Shown piece after piece: positions 28,763-39,026 of a DNA stretch of 64,000 nt. Below the pieces are notes generated by a model that saw nothing but the letters and a program-made list of their open reading frames with translations, did not search any database and was not told the origin of the DNA. The stretch lies in the sequence record MW749003.1, one strand, 5' to 3'. The position numbers and the translations under genes were made by a program. Positions within the stretch are counted from its first letter, which is position 1. Every line of letters begins with the position of its first letter.

Positions 28763-30715
28763 TTAGAATGTTAAGATATTGGTTGGAAATTGTGTCTGCT
28801 TAGTTGTTTCTAGTATTTTAAATCCTAAAGATTCTAACATAATCATACCACTCTTAATATGGTCGTTAACCATCGTTTCAATATCAATAAATGGAGTAAC
28901 CCACTCAGGTAATTTTTTGATTGATTTTGGTAGACACAGGATTGTAAAACCATACTTAGAAAGATTTTCATTATCATAAATAGTTTCTTTAATAGTTTTA
29001 TAGACATCCATTGGTATTTTACCTGCTAAATCGTTTAAACTCTCAGTTGTTAATTTAATTAGATTTACTTTGGTAGGTAACACAATTTCATTATCAGGAA
29101 ATAATTCATTCCAAATAATAGTTCCTCTAATAGATTGCATTGCATAAGGATTAGCATATGATTCAATTTCATTAGCCTTAGATGGTAGAGTATAAGTAAT
29201 TTCTCCATTCATTAGCGAATTAGCAATTTCATTTTGTAAATGAACAAAGTTCCCAAATACTTTACTTAAATCAATTTTATCAGAAGATAAAATATTTTCA
29301 TCTAGCATGTCAGTAAAGTAGTCTCTTACATTTTTGTTTACACTTACTTTTCTAATAGCTAAACCTTTAATATCAAGTTTAGGCTTTTCAAACATACGAC
29401 CTTCTTGCATGATTAATTTACCAGCATAACTTTTCTTATTACGAGTAAGCATTAGACGTTTATAGAAAAACTCATTTTTCATATTGATAATAGGACGTTT
29501 TTCAGAAGGAATATTTAGTTCAGATGTCATTTTCCAATAAACATTTTCAATTACCTTTGCCAATAAATATGATGCAATATTAACAACACTTACTTTACCT
29601 TCATCCGTCTCGTCTACATTATCTGGGTAATTTTCTTTTAAGTATTTATAAAATGGATCTAACATTAAGAAGTTTGAGTCAGTATCTACTACTAATACTG
29701 TTTGTCTCTTTTCATTCTCTGCATTTTCATAACGATAGAAACTTAAATAATTATATAAAACCCATTCTTGAATATATGTCCATAACATTTCTAGTGAATC
29801 TTTAATATCTTTAGGTGGATCATTTGGATCTAAAAATTCTTTATTAATTACTTTTCCTAAAAGATTAGAGATCTCATTATTACCTAAGAATTCATAAAGA
29901 TTATTTTTATAATAAATTTTATTAAGTGTTTGTTGATCCATTCTCTCAATAATATCTGAAAGAACTTTTATATCTGAATCATTTCTATTTCTCCATTTAC
30001 GTAGAAGATATTGTAATAATTCTCCACTTTCAATATTTCTATTAATAATATGTGTATATACATATTTCTGTTCTTGAATATTATTAATGTATAGAAGAAC
30101 GTCATTTAGATTTTCAAAGTGAAAGTTATTAGACATAAAATTCTCAAATGCATTTACAGCAGTCGTAATAATAATTACACCACTATATGTAATACTTGGA
30201 CCAAAGTTTTGATTAAAGAAGATACTATTTTTCTCAACTGTTGCTCCATAAAATGAGTTAGCAAGAAGTTTAAAGGTTTTTTGCATTAAATCTAAATTAT
30301 TATATTCCGTTCTATCTTCATCATTAACATGCTCAAACATTTCTTTTTTTACTTTCTTACGTGATACCAGCAAGTAATCAACCATATCAGAAAGTAAATT
30401 TACACCTTCATTATGTTTTCTATAGAATGCTCCGTAACCAGTAATTATTGGTTTCTTTTCTTCTAACCATTCAGTAACACTTAATAAATTTTTTACACTT
30501 TTTTGCTCACCATCATTAAATACAACATTTTTACCTTGAATAGTGCTATTAATTTCCTTGTCTAAAAATTCTTCAATCTCTTCTTCTCTAATATCAGGAA
30601 ATGAAAGAAGTAATTGTTTCTTTGCCTGTTCTTTATATTTTTCTAAGAAATTTGGATATGAATTTACATAATCTTTAGTTTCCTGCAAATTTTTCTCCTC
30701 CCAAGTGTTTATCAA
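28763..30715 (-). CDS. Family B DNA polymerase, C-terminal subunit
   Basis: Motif B KLLANSFYG, motif C VVDTDSNF, KKSYAG; early-type promoter at 30772-30781. Confidence 0.9.
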   Translation of the reverse strand: MINTWEEKNLQETKDYVNSYPNFLEKYKEQAKKQLLLSFPDIREEEIEEFLDKEINSTIQGKNVVFNDGEQKSVKNLLSVTEWLEEKKPIITGYGAFYRKHNEGVNLLSDMVDYLLVSRKKVKKEMFEHVNDEDRTEYNNLDLMQKTFKLLANSFYGATVEKNSIFFNQNFGPSITYSGVIIITTAVNAFENFMSNNFHFENLNDVLLYINNIQEQKYVYTHIINRNIESGELLQYLLRKWRNRNDSDIKVLSDIIERMDQQTLNKIYYKNNLYEFLGNNEISNLLGKVINKEFLDPNDPPKDIKDSLEMLWTYIQEWVLYNYLSFYRYENAENEKRQTVLVVDTDSNFLMLDPFYKYLKENYPDNVDETDEGKVSVVNIASYLLAKVIENVYWKMTSELNIPSEKRPIINMKNEFFYKRLMLTRNKKSYAGKLIMQEGRMFEKPKLDIKGLAIRKVSVNKNVRDYFTDMLDENILSSDKIDLSKVFGNFVHLQNEIANSLMNGEITYTLPSKANEIESYANPYAMQSIRGTIIWNELFPDNEIVLPTKVNLIKLTTESLNDLAGKIPMDVYKTIKETIYDNENLSKYGFTILCLPKSIKKLPEWVTPFIDIETMVNDHIKSGMIMLESLGFKILETTKQTQFPTNILTF

Positions 30716-30875
30716 TTTTTAGTTATTATTTCTCTTAAAAATATCTAAGATTAAAAATAACTAATCAATATAATAATATATTTTTAAAAAGGTTTTTATT
30801 TAAACAATTAAATATAAAAGTATTTATTTCAAATAAACATTTAATTATATTAATCTGAAAGGAAAGTGATTTTTA

Positions 30876-31175
30876 ATGTCATCATTCTTCAACTTACTCA
30901 CTGAGTCAAATACTAGTGATATTATTCTTGAGCAAACTTTTCAAGAAGCTAACGTAGTTCGTATGGATAAACAAACTCTTAAAAAACGTTTGCTTACTCA
31001 AGCTACACTATTAGCGGCTAAAGATGCTAACGATCCAATTTATCAAAAATATGTTAAAGCGGCTAAACAAAAACGCCACTTCCGTTCTCAAATTCAACAA
31101 AAATATGGTGCTAAAGGTCAAGCTAAAGTCCGTGAGTTCCTTAAACAGCAACAACAAGCTAAACAAGCTCGTTAA
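30876..31175 (+). CDS. Small late protein, probable virion/head component
   Basis: Two late promoters (30803-30814 and 30836-30847), highly expressed codon usage, N-terminal LLTES. Confidence 0.65.
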   Translation: MSSFFNLLTESNTSDIILEQTFQEANVVRMDKQTLKKRLLTQATLLAAKDANDPIYQKYVKAAKQKRHFRSQIQQKYGAKGQAKVREFLKQQQQAKQAR

Positions 31176-31356
31176 TTTTCGGATCATAGAAATATGAATG
31201 AGAAGGATTACTATTAATGTAATCAGATTTGAAAGTGAAGAATAATTTTAAATTATCCTTAAGATCTTTAATAAGATCTTAAGGATACTTATATGCCGTT
31301 TACATATAATACTTAGTTATTTTTAAGATATTAAAAAACATAAAAAGTGATGTAAA

Positions 31357-31366
31357 TATATATTAT
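31357..31366 (+). promoter_or_regulatory. Early promoter-like TATATATTAT
   Basis: Upstream of the non-virion RNAP subunit, as expected for an early gene. Confidence 0.6.
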
Positions 31367-31420
31367 TAACTTGTATTTTTCCATGTTTCATGTTATAATT
31401 AATCAACGGAGGGATCATCA

Positions 31421-33316
31421 TTGGAAAAGACCTATAATTTAAATGATATTCTATTATCAAATGAGTATGAAAAAATTAAAGAGGATATCAAAGAAGAAAT
31501 AATTAATGATATGGCATCTAAGAAAGTAGAGTATAGCAATACTTCTGAATTTGCTAAAAATGATTTTCTTAAAGATGAATTCATTGATTTAGTTGTTGAT
31601 GGAGAAACATATGAAATTACATATGGAAATCTAATCACATTATTAATTGTTGCAAGACCATTTAATCACTTTAAAGTACCAATGACTGAAGATTTATTAT
31701 TTGATCTATCTGATTTAAAAGAATACCAAAATTATTATACTACATTGCTAGAACATTTTAGTTACAGTAATGAAATTAAATCTATTATTAAAGATGTTAT
31801 TAGTGAGTTAGCAATTTTCTCTGGGGATATTAACGTAACATTTGGTAATACAGTTTCTATTAAATCACTTATTGATTTGGGAAATAAAGTAAAGAGATTT
31901 AGAGAACTATTACATTATCGTTTACCAAATGATGAGGCATTAGAGTTTAATGATATTGAGGCTATTATTAAAAAGAATTTAGATGAAATTATGAAAATTC
32001 TTTCTGAAACTGATAATATGCTAAGATATTACATTGATTCAGGTGCTGGTATTAACTCAAAACAATTTGGTCAAGTATTATCATTAGTAGGTTCTAAACC
32101 GGATTTATTTGGTAAAATTATTCCTTATCCAATTAATACTAGTTTCCTAAGAGGATTAGATGTACGGTCTTTCTATATTAATGCTTTAGGGGCAAGAAAA
32201 GCTTTAATCACAAACTATCAACAAGTAAGAAACTCTGGCTATCTAACAAGAAAAATTAGTATGTTATTGATGGATACAAAATTAATTGATTTAGATGATT
32301 GTGGAAGCCATGAAAACAACTATCTTTCAATTAATGTTGAGAATAAAGATGTTCTAAAAAGATTCTCTAAAAGAAGTTATTTAAATGATAATGGTGAATT
32401 AGTTGAAATTGATATTAATGATGAAAGTCTAATTGGACAGGTAATAAAAATTCCTTCCCCAACTACTTGTGCGTCTAATGAAGGCGTTTGTCGTAAATGT
32501 TATGGTAAATTATTTGATATCAATAAAGATCTAAATATTGGTATGATTGCAGTTCTACTATTAACAGATCCATTAACTCAGCGTTTATTAAGTGCAAAAC
32601 ACTTACTAGAGACTCGGTCTTCTAAGATCGATTGGGGAACTAATTTTGAAGAGAACTTTATCGTAAACAGAAACTTAATTTATCCTAAAGTTTATAATGG
32701 AACGGTTATTATTAAAGAAGATGATTTTAAAGAAGATGAGGAAACAGAAGAACAAGTATTTGATACATTTACTTTAAAAAGTGGTAATAGATTTATTTCT
32801 ATTAGTTCACCAATGAGATTATTCCTAAATAAAGACCTTAAGAAACAACTTGATGAAAGCTTTTATAATATAGAAGAAATGCAATTTGAAATTCCATTAA
32901 ATAAGCTTGATGAAGGCGATAGTTTTGCAACATTCATCATGGATAATAACGAATTATCAAAACCATTAAGGGAAATTAAAGATCTTATTGAAACTAATAA
33001 ATATATTAAAGATCATAATGTTAATGAAGTGGTAAACTATTTTATTTACCTCTTAAATGAATCAGGTATCAATATTCAGTCTGTTCATTCAGAGTTAATC
33101 ATTAGAGAAATGATGAAACTAGATGATTCAGATAGAACACAATTTAAAAATGATAAAATGCCGGATTATGAAATCTTCCGTATTACAGATGCTAATTTAA
33201 AGGGAGATAGTCTATCAAGATCATTATTATTTGAGCAAGTTAAGAAACAGCTAACTACACTAGATTATGATACATTTAATAAAACAAAATCTTCAATTTT
33301 AGATAAACTACTTTAA
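31421..33316 (+). CDS. Non-virion RNAP beta' C-terminal subunit (AR9 gp154 ortholog)
   Basis: Bridge helix GARKALI...SGYLTRK, Zn site C...SPTTC...VCRKCYG, trigger loop PLTQRLLSAKH. The 631-aa sequence matches my recollection of AR9 gp154 almost exactly. Confidence 0.93.
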   Translation: MEKTYNLNDILLSNEYEKIKEDIKEEIINDMASKKVEYSNTSEFAKNDFLKDEFIDLVVDGETYEITYGNLITLLIVARPFNHFKVPMTEDLLFDLSDLKEYQNYYTTLLEHFSYSNEIKSIIKDVISELAIFSGDINVTFGNTVSIKSLIDLGNKVKRFRELLHYRLPNDEALEFNDIEAIIKKNLDEIMKILSETDNMLRYYIDSGAGINSKQFGQVLSLVGSKPDLFGKIIPYPINTSFLRGLDVRSFYINALGARKALITNYQQVRNSGYLTRKISMLLMDTKLIDLDDCGSHENNYLSINVENKDVLKRFSKRSYLNDNGELVEIDINDESLIGQVIKIPSPTTCASNEGVCRKCYGKLFDINKDLNIGMIAVLLLTDPLTQRLLSAKHLLETRSSKIDWGTNFEENFIVNRNLIYPKVYNGTVIIKEDDFKEDEETEEQVFDTFTLKSGNRFISISSPMRLFLNKDLKKQLDESFYNIEEMQFEIPLNKLDEGDSFATFIMDNNELSKPLREIKDLIETNKYIKDHNVNEVVNYFIYLLNESGINIQSVHSELIIREMMKLDDSDRTQFKNDKMPDYEIFRITDANLKGDSLSRSLLFEQVKKQLTTLDYDTFNKTKSSILDKLL

Positions 33317-33323
33317 TTAATAA

Positions 33324-33363
33324 AAAACAGTATAAAGGTCTATATGATCTTTATACTGTTTTA
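33324..33363 (+). terminator. Intrinsic terminator
   Basis: AAACAGTATAAAG/CTTTATACTGTTT plus T-run. Confidence 0.75.
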
Positions 33364-33438
33364 TTTTTACATATTAATGTATAAATAAATAAAAATATAG
33401 ATAACAAAATATCAGAAATAAATTTAGGGAGAGATTTT

Positions 33439-34029
33439 ATGTTAGCCTTTCAAGATCAAAAAGAATTCAGAAATCATATTAATGATTTTACAAAAAGACA
33501 AGAAGAAATTGATGAACTTATGATAGATATTACCGAGTATATAAAAGAATATTTATGTACTAATTATATTATTGGTGAAAAATTAGTTTTAGTACCTGAT
33601 GAGCGTAAAATTGATATTTATTTCTTAGAGGAAGTTGATTCATTACTTATGTGTAGCATTGATATTTTTAGTATGGTTATTACAGGTTATAAAATAGATC
33701 CTAGATTATTAAAGAAACATAAAAAAATGATTGAAAAACAGTATAAAGATATACATGACGCTAAAAAAGGACTTACAAAACGTTTATCATTTTTAAAATC
33801 TATTAAACTCCCAATTAAAAAAAGATATGAACAAATAGAAAGAATTGAATATGAAATCATTCAGACAGATATTGTAATTGGCTATATAAACGACTATATT
33901 TATTTTACTAATACTAGAGATGATTTAGTCAATCAAATTTCTTATGATATACAAATCAATTTTAATGAAGAAAATGATAAATATCCATTTTTAAAATTCT
34001 CTAGAGAGTATGAATTTCTTGGTTCTTAA
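33439..34029 (+). CDS. Hypothetical protein
   Basis: 196-aa ORF with RBS. Confidence 0.75.
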   Translation: MLAFQDQKEFRNHINDFTKRQEEIDELMIDITEYIKEYLCTNYIIGEKLVLVPDERKIDIYFLEEVDSLLMCSIDIFSMVITGYKIDPRLLKKHKKMIEKQYKDIHDAKKGLTKRLSFLKSIKLPIKKRYEQIERIEYEIIQTDIVIGYINDYIYFTNTRDDLVNQISYDIQINFNEENDKYPFLKFSREYEFLGS

Positions 34030-34045
34030 TAGGAGAGGATAATAT

Positions 34046-35479
34046 ATGATAAGAGTACAACCAACTAGAATTCTTGTTGAAAACTATAAAGCTGGTGAAA
34101 GTGATAAACTAGAGAAATCACTATCTGTATGGGATAAAACTATTTTTCAATATACCTTTTCAGCATTTTTAATTGATGAAGATACAAATCAATTATTAAT
34201 TCCTGGAGGTTATGATTACACTAAATTAAAAAAGTGTTTTCCAAGAGATAAGATAGTTAATGAAAGATTAAATGTTGATCCTTACAATAAAGTAACCTTT
34301 TCACTAAAATATCCTCCTAGAGATTCAATACAACAAGATGCAATTAAATTTCTTTTACAAACAAATGATTCACAGAAATTCTTATGTTTACCAACAGGTA
34401 AAGGAAAGACATACTGTTCTATTAACTACGTATTTAAGTCTAAGAAATTACCAATGGTATTTGTAGACCAAGAGAACTTAATGGAGCAATGGAAGAAGAG
34501 TATTCTAAATTTTACGTCAGTAAAAGAGGAAGAGATATTTCTTATTAGTGGTAGAAATAGTATTGATAAGTTAATGAAAATGAAAAAGAAAGAGCTAAAA
34601 AAATATAAGTGGTTCATTGCTATTCATAAAACTATTGGTAACTATATTGACGATAATCCAGATAATATTGATAAGTTAATGAAACACTTAGGCATAGGTG
34701 TTAAATTGTATGATGAAGCACATGTCGAATATAAAAATATATTCTATATTGATTCATTAACTAATACTGAAAGTGTTTATATAACAGCTACTCCATCCCG
34801 AAGTGATCCAATTGAAAATAAAGTTTATCAAAATATTTTCAATGATGTTCCAATGTATAAAGTTAAAGAAGATGAAATTGTTAATTATCACAATATAATT
34901 ATTGTGAAATTTAACAGCAAACCTAGTATTGATGATCAAGCCAAGATGAAATCAAAATACGGTTTTGATACAAATAGATGGTGTAAATATATTCTGGATA
35001 ATATTAAATATGAAGAATTTATGAATCATATTACAAAAAATATTATTGAAAGAGTAAATAAGAATTTTGATAAAAAAACAGTACTATTATTTCATACAAT
35101 GGCTGGCAATGATGTTATTATTAATGATCTTAAAGAAACTTACCCAAATATAGAAATTGGGAGATATAATTCCAGTATTAAGGACAAGGATAAACGCTTA
35201 AAGGAATTAGAAAAAGATATAATAGTAACAACAGATGTATCATTTGGGAAAGCTATTGATGTTAAAGGATTAGAGATACTTATAAATACGGTTCCATTTG
35301 GATCAAAAGTTCTAACTGAGCAGTTATTAGGTAGATTAAGGGAGATTGAAGGAAAAGAAGTATGGTATATTGATCTTGTAGATATTGGTTTTGATAGTTG
35401 TAAAAAACAATTAAAACAGAGACAAAATATATATAATAAAAAAGCAAAGAGAATTTATGAATTAGACTTGACAAAATAG
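34046..35479 (+). CDS. SF2 DNA helicase (UvsW-like)
   Basis: LPTGKGKT, YDEAH, TAT, GKAID and QLLGRLR motifs. Confidence 0.88.
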   Translation: MIRVQPTRILVENYKAGESDKLEKSLSVWDKTIFQYTFSAFLIDEDTNQLLIPGGYDYTKLKKCFPRDKIVNERLNVDPYNKVTFSLKYPPRDSIQQDAIKFLLQTNDSQKFLCLPTGKGKTYCSINYVFKSKKLPMVFVDQENLMEQWKKSILNFTSVKEEEIFLISGRNSIDKLMKMKKKELKKYKWFIAIHKTIGNYIDDNPDNIDKLMKHLGIGVKLYDEAHVEYKNIFYIDSLTNTESVYITATPSRSDPIENKVYQNIFNDVPMYKVKEDEIVNYHNIIIVKFNSKPSIDDQAKMKSKYGFDTNRWCKYILDNIKYEEFMNHITKNIIERVNKNFDKKTVLLFHTMAGNDVIINDLKETYPNIEIGRYNSSIKDKDKRLKELEKDIIVTTDVSFGKAIDVKGLEILINTVPFGSKVLTEQLLGRLREIEGKEVWYIDLVDIGFDSCKKQLKQRQNIYNKKAKRIYELDLTK

Positions 35480-35567
35480 ATAAAAAATGGTATAATCATA
35501 TTTAGATATGATTATACCATTTAAAATATTCATTTTAAAAGTATTATGGGGGAAAGAAGGAAGATAA

Positions 35568-36458
35568 ATGATCATCACACATTATGATGCAGATGGAAAA
35601 ACATGTTTAGTTCTAGCCAAAAAATATATGAATGGAATAGGTAGTTATCGAATTTGTGACTACTCAAATGTGGATGAGGTAGTAAATGATTATCTAGATG
35701 CTATTGAAAACTGGCAATGCACTGATTCAGTTTTAGTCATTACAGATATTACTATTTCTAAAGAAACCGCAGAGAGAATTGAAAGTTTAAAACACTTATT
35801 CAATTTTATTATGCTAATTGACCATCATCCAGCAAATCACTATTATCTCAAGAAATATGAGTGGTGCTTACTATTTAAGGATAATACCAGTGCTTCTAAG
35901 GAATTATATCAATATTTAAAGCAAAAAGGTTTAATCAATATGAATGATGACAGCTATGATGAACTAATTGACTCTGTTAATTCATTAGAAACATGGGATT
36001 ATGATAACGAGAATGCTAAGATTATTAATGATTTATCTTATAACTTAAAGACTCATGACTTTTTAGCAAGATTCTTAATCAATCCATCTCTCACATTGAG
36101 TAAGAAAGAAAAGATTATTCTTGGAATGAGACAAGATGATATTCAGGCAACTATTCAAAAAGTTAAACCAATAATTAAAGGTAAAACATGTTATATTTTT
36201 GTAGATAGATATGTTACTGAAATTACAGAACATATATTTGGGAATTTTGATAATGTAGATGTACTTATTGCTATTAATCCAATGAATCATTCTATCTCAT
36301 ATAGAAGTAGAGATACTAGAAATGATGTTTCAAAGGTAGCAAGTGAGAATGGTGGAGATGGAAGAAAAACAACTAGTGGTAGTCCTATTAGCGAAGACGC
36401 AATGTTAAAAATTGTTGATATTTTATTAAAGGATGGTGCTAAAGATTATGCAAAGTAA
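35568..36458 (+). CDS. DHH-family phosphoesterase
   Basis: THYDADG, ITD and IDHH motifs; DHHA1-like SYRS...GG.G. Confidence 0.82.
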   Translation: MIITHYDADGKTCLVLAKKYMNGIGSYRICDYSNVDEVVNDYLDAIENWQCTDSVLVITDITISKETAERIESLKHLFNFIMLIDHHPANHYYLKKYEWCLLFKDNTSASKELYQYLKQKGLINMNDDSYDELIDSVNSLETWDYDNENAKIINDLSYNLKTHDFLARFLINPSLTLSKKEKIILGMRQDDIQATIQKVKPIIKGKTCYIFVDRYVTEITEHIFGNFDNVDVLIAINPMNHSISYRSRDTRNDVSKVASENGGDGRKTTSGSPISEDAMLKIVDILLKDGAKDYAK

Positions 36459-37005
36459 AAATGAAATTTCATTGGGATTAAGTGTTAAAATTACAAACAA
36501 AAATAAAAATGCAAAGATTATTAGTCTTTGCATTTCTGATCTTGGAGGTAAAAACTTATTTTATGCAGAATTTAATGATTATTCTGAGCACTTTTTAGAT
36601 CATTATGCTAAGAAAGATATCATTCCTAATTTATTATTTAATGAGAAAAATGATTTTATTATAGAGAGTAACAATCATTTTCACATCAAATCTAATAGTG
36701 ATATAATAAGAAAAGAAGTTTCAAAATGGCTGGCAAACTATTATCTAAAACATAAGAAGAAGATTAAGTTTATTATTGATGATAAACAATTTAGCTGGCT
36801 GTTCTTTTCAGAATTAATTGATTATGAAATTTTTCCTAAATTTATGTTATCCAATGATACAATTGATTTAGATTCTCTTCTAGAGTTCCTAAATATTAAT
36901 CTATCAGGAACATCATTAGAGAAAAAATCCAATGCTATTATTAGCGCCAAAGGGAACATTAGTATTTGGAAGCAACTATTTGATGTATATCAAAATAAAA
37001 GATAA
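36433..37005 (+). CDS. Probably inactive paralog of the 13476 DEDDh exonuclease
   Basis: IISLCISDLGGKNLFYAEFNDY aligns with LISIGLVAENGRSFYAEFNDY, but the DTE and HNALHD residues are replaced. Confidence 0.6.
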   Translation: MVLKIMQSKNEISLGLSVKITNKNKNAKIISLCISDLGGKNLFYAEFNDYSEHFLDHYAKKDIIPNLLFNEKNDFIIESNNHFHIKSNSDIIRKEVSKWLANYYLKHKKKIKFIIDDKQFSWLFFSELIDYEIFPKFMLSNDTIDLDSLLEFLNINLSGTSLEKKSNAIISAKGNISIWKQLFDVYQNKR

Positions 37006-37030
37006 ATTTATATTATAATAGTGTCTTTAA

Positions 37031-37219
37031 ATGAAAAGGAGGAGTAGCATGAATACTTATTATGATTATTCAAATCAGACTAAGAAGACGTTAAAAACTA
37101 ATGAAAGAAGTCTCTCTAGGAAAGAAAGGAGGGAATTAGCAAAACTAGAAGAAAGAGAAAGGAGGCTTTATGATAAGAAGCAGAGGGAAATTGCAAAACG
37201 ATTGGGGTTCATTAAATGA
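37031..37219 (+). CDS. Small basic hypothetical protein
   Basis: AGGAGG RBS before the second Met (37049). Confidence 0.6.
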   Translation: MKRRSSMNTYYDYSNQTKKTLKTNERSLSRKERRELAKLEERERRLYDKKQREIAKRLGFIK

Positions 37220-37503
37220 TAGATGTTTTTATTCAAGGTAAATTTAATATTAAAAGATTAAAAAAGTATTTCCATGATAATACTAAAACGATGTTTCTAA
37301 ATGTAAATGAAAAAAATTATCTTATAGCATTTGATAGTAAAGAGCAAAAAGAGATAAATACTAGGGAATTGAGAAACTGTATAGAATGTCTACAAGATCA
37401 CATGGACAATGTACCATTAGATAGCTGGACAGATAAAGTTGCAGGTATTAATTATGGTACATATTTTGGACAAAATTTATCCTTAAGAGTATATATTTTG
37501 TAG
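37216..37503 (+). CDS. Hypothetical protein
   Basis: Start overlaps the upstream stop codon (translational coupling). Confidence 0.65.
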   Translation: MIDVFIQGKFNIKRLKKYFHDNTKTMFLNVNEKNYLIAFDSKEQKEINTRELRNCIECLQDHMDNVPLDSWTDKVAGINYGTYFGQNLSLRVYIL

Positions 37504-37572
37504 ATTAATTTTCATAAAAAGTTAGAAAAAATTAAACATAAAAATGTATCAAAAAAAAAAATAATTAGAAAT

Positions 37573-38613
37573 ATGGGGGAACACTTAATGAGCAGACTAG
37601 ACACAGTAGAAAGAATTGAAAAAACTTTATTTTCAGTAGGAAATCTATTCTCCGTGAAAAATGTAATTCTTAATGGAAATAAAGGAAAGAACGATAATAA
37701 ATTAAATTCTATTTATACACGCTCATATGATTCACAAAAATATTCAGATAGAAGTACGTTAGATCAAATCCAAATCAGAACTTCTGATTTCCTTGTATTT
37801 TCATATCATGATTTTCAAAATAAAATTAATGAGGATATTTTTATCAGCTATCCTCATATGATGAACTTTATGACAATCTTAACATCTGCTTATAATATGG
37901 TTAATGCTGATGAGGTTTATCAAGGAAATAATATTAATCCAAAATATGCAAATTTTTCTTTAACAACAAATCCTCTTGGTGGAGGTAAACAATTAGCTTT
38001 TATTCCTACTATTATTCAAAGAGATCAAGTATATACTAATGGTGTTATTTTATTCCTTGGATCAGAAGATTATGCAATTGAATTAGATGCTTCTCAACTA
38101 GGCGCTCTTTATTATATCTTAAATAATTTCAACCTATTATCTGAAAGCTCTACTTTGTTCCTTACAGGATTAATGTTTGATTCAGCTGTAGAAGGTTCTG
38201 AACCATCTGTCAACACATTTAGCTCTGCACCTAAAAATAATGCTGGCTTTAATGCTAAACCTAAACGTGGAATCTTTGGTGGGAATAATGGTGCTTCTAG
38301 AGGTAATGGTAATACATTCGGTGGAAATAAGAGCGAAGAATCAAGCCCTAAACGTAATGCAGGATTTAAACCGCAAACAAAGAATGTTACTCCAGATGAG
38401 TTAGAAAGTGCCATTGAGAATGGAACTGATCTAAATCCTCCTATTCCTAGTGATGACGATATCCCATTCACTGGTGGAATTGAAGATGATTCTCCTATTG
38501 AAACTGGAAGAGAGAATAATGATTCTCCTATTAGTTTTAATGATGTAATGGCTGGAGCAACAGAGATCGAAGTTCCTGATCTTGATGATAAAGACGGCGG
38601 CATTAATTTCTAA
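37573..38613 (+). CDS. Putative single-stranded DNA-binding protein
   Basis: Folded N-terminal domain, G/N/P-rich linker, acidic tail containing DDDIPF and ending DDKDGGINF. Confidence 0.45.
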   Translation: MGEHLMSRLDTVERIEKTLFSVGNLFSVKNVILNGNKGKNDNKLNSIYTRSYDSQKYSDRSTLDQIQIRTSDFLVFSYHDFQNKINEDIFISYPHMMNFMTILTSAYNMVNADEVYQGNNINPKYANFSLTTNPLGGGKQLAFIPTIIQRDQVYTNGVILFLGSEDYAIELDASQLGALYYILNNFNLLSESSTLFLTGLMFDSAVEGSEPSVNTFSSAPKNNAGFNAKPKRGIFGGNNGASRGNGNTFGGNKSEESSPKRNAGFKPQTKNVTPDELESAIENGTDLNPPIPSDDDIPFTGGIEDDSPIETGRENNDSPISFNDVMAGATEIEVPDLDDKDGGINF

Positions 38614-38642
38614 GATTACAAAGCAAAGGGTGAAACAGAACT

Positions 38643-38981
38643 ATGACAAACAGCAATGATTTCCTAGATAAAATCTCTCAAATTAGTAATACAAAAGAAA
38701 CAGAAAAGAAAAAACCTTCTAGAAAAGGACGTAAGGTTGAAGTAGAAGTATTGGAATTTGAAATTGATGAAGAAAAAGACACTGAGTTAGCAGTATTTGT
38801 TAAACAGATAGTTAATAAAGCTCAGATTACCAATCAAGATGTATATAATGCATTAGGAAGAGTTGAAGGTTGGAATCTAATTAATGGACTACGAAAAGGT
38901 AGTGTTAGTTGGGGAAGAGTAAAGAAATGGTGTGAAATAATTGGATATAGGGTAGAAATTACTCTATCAAAAATTGATTAA
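38643..38981 (+). CDS. Hypothetical protein, possible XRE-like HTH
   Basis: ITNQDVYNALG...LRKGSVSWGRVKKWCEIIG resembles an XRE helix pattern. Confidence 0.5.
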   Translation: MTNSNDFLDKISQISNTKETEKKKPSRKGRKVEVEVLEFEIDEEKDTELAVFVKQIVNKAQITNQDVYNALGRVEGWNLINGLRKGSVSWGRVKKWCEIIGYRVEITLSKID

Positions 38982-38985
38982 TGTA

Positions 38986-39026
38986 AATAAGGATAGACAT
39001 ATATGTCTATCCTTATTTTTTTTTAT
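38986..39026. terminator. Bidirectional terminator
   Basis: AAATAAGGATAGACAT/ATGTCTATCCTTATTT between convergent genes. Confidence 0.8.
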
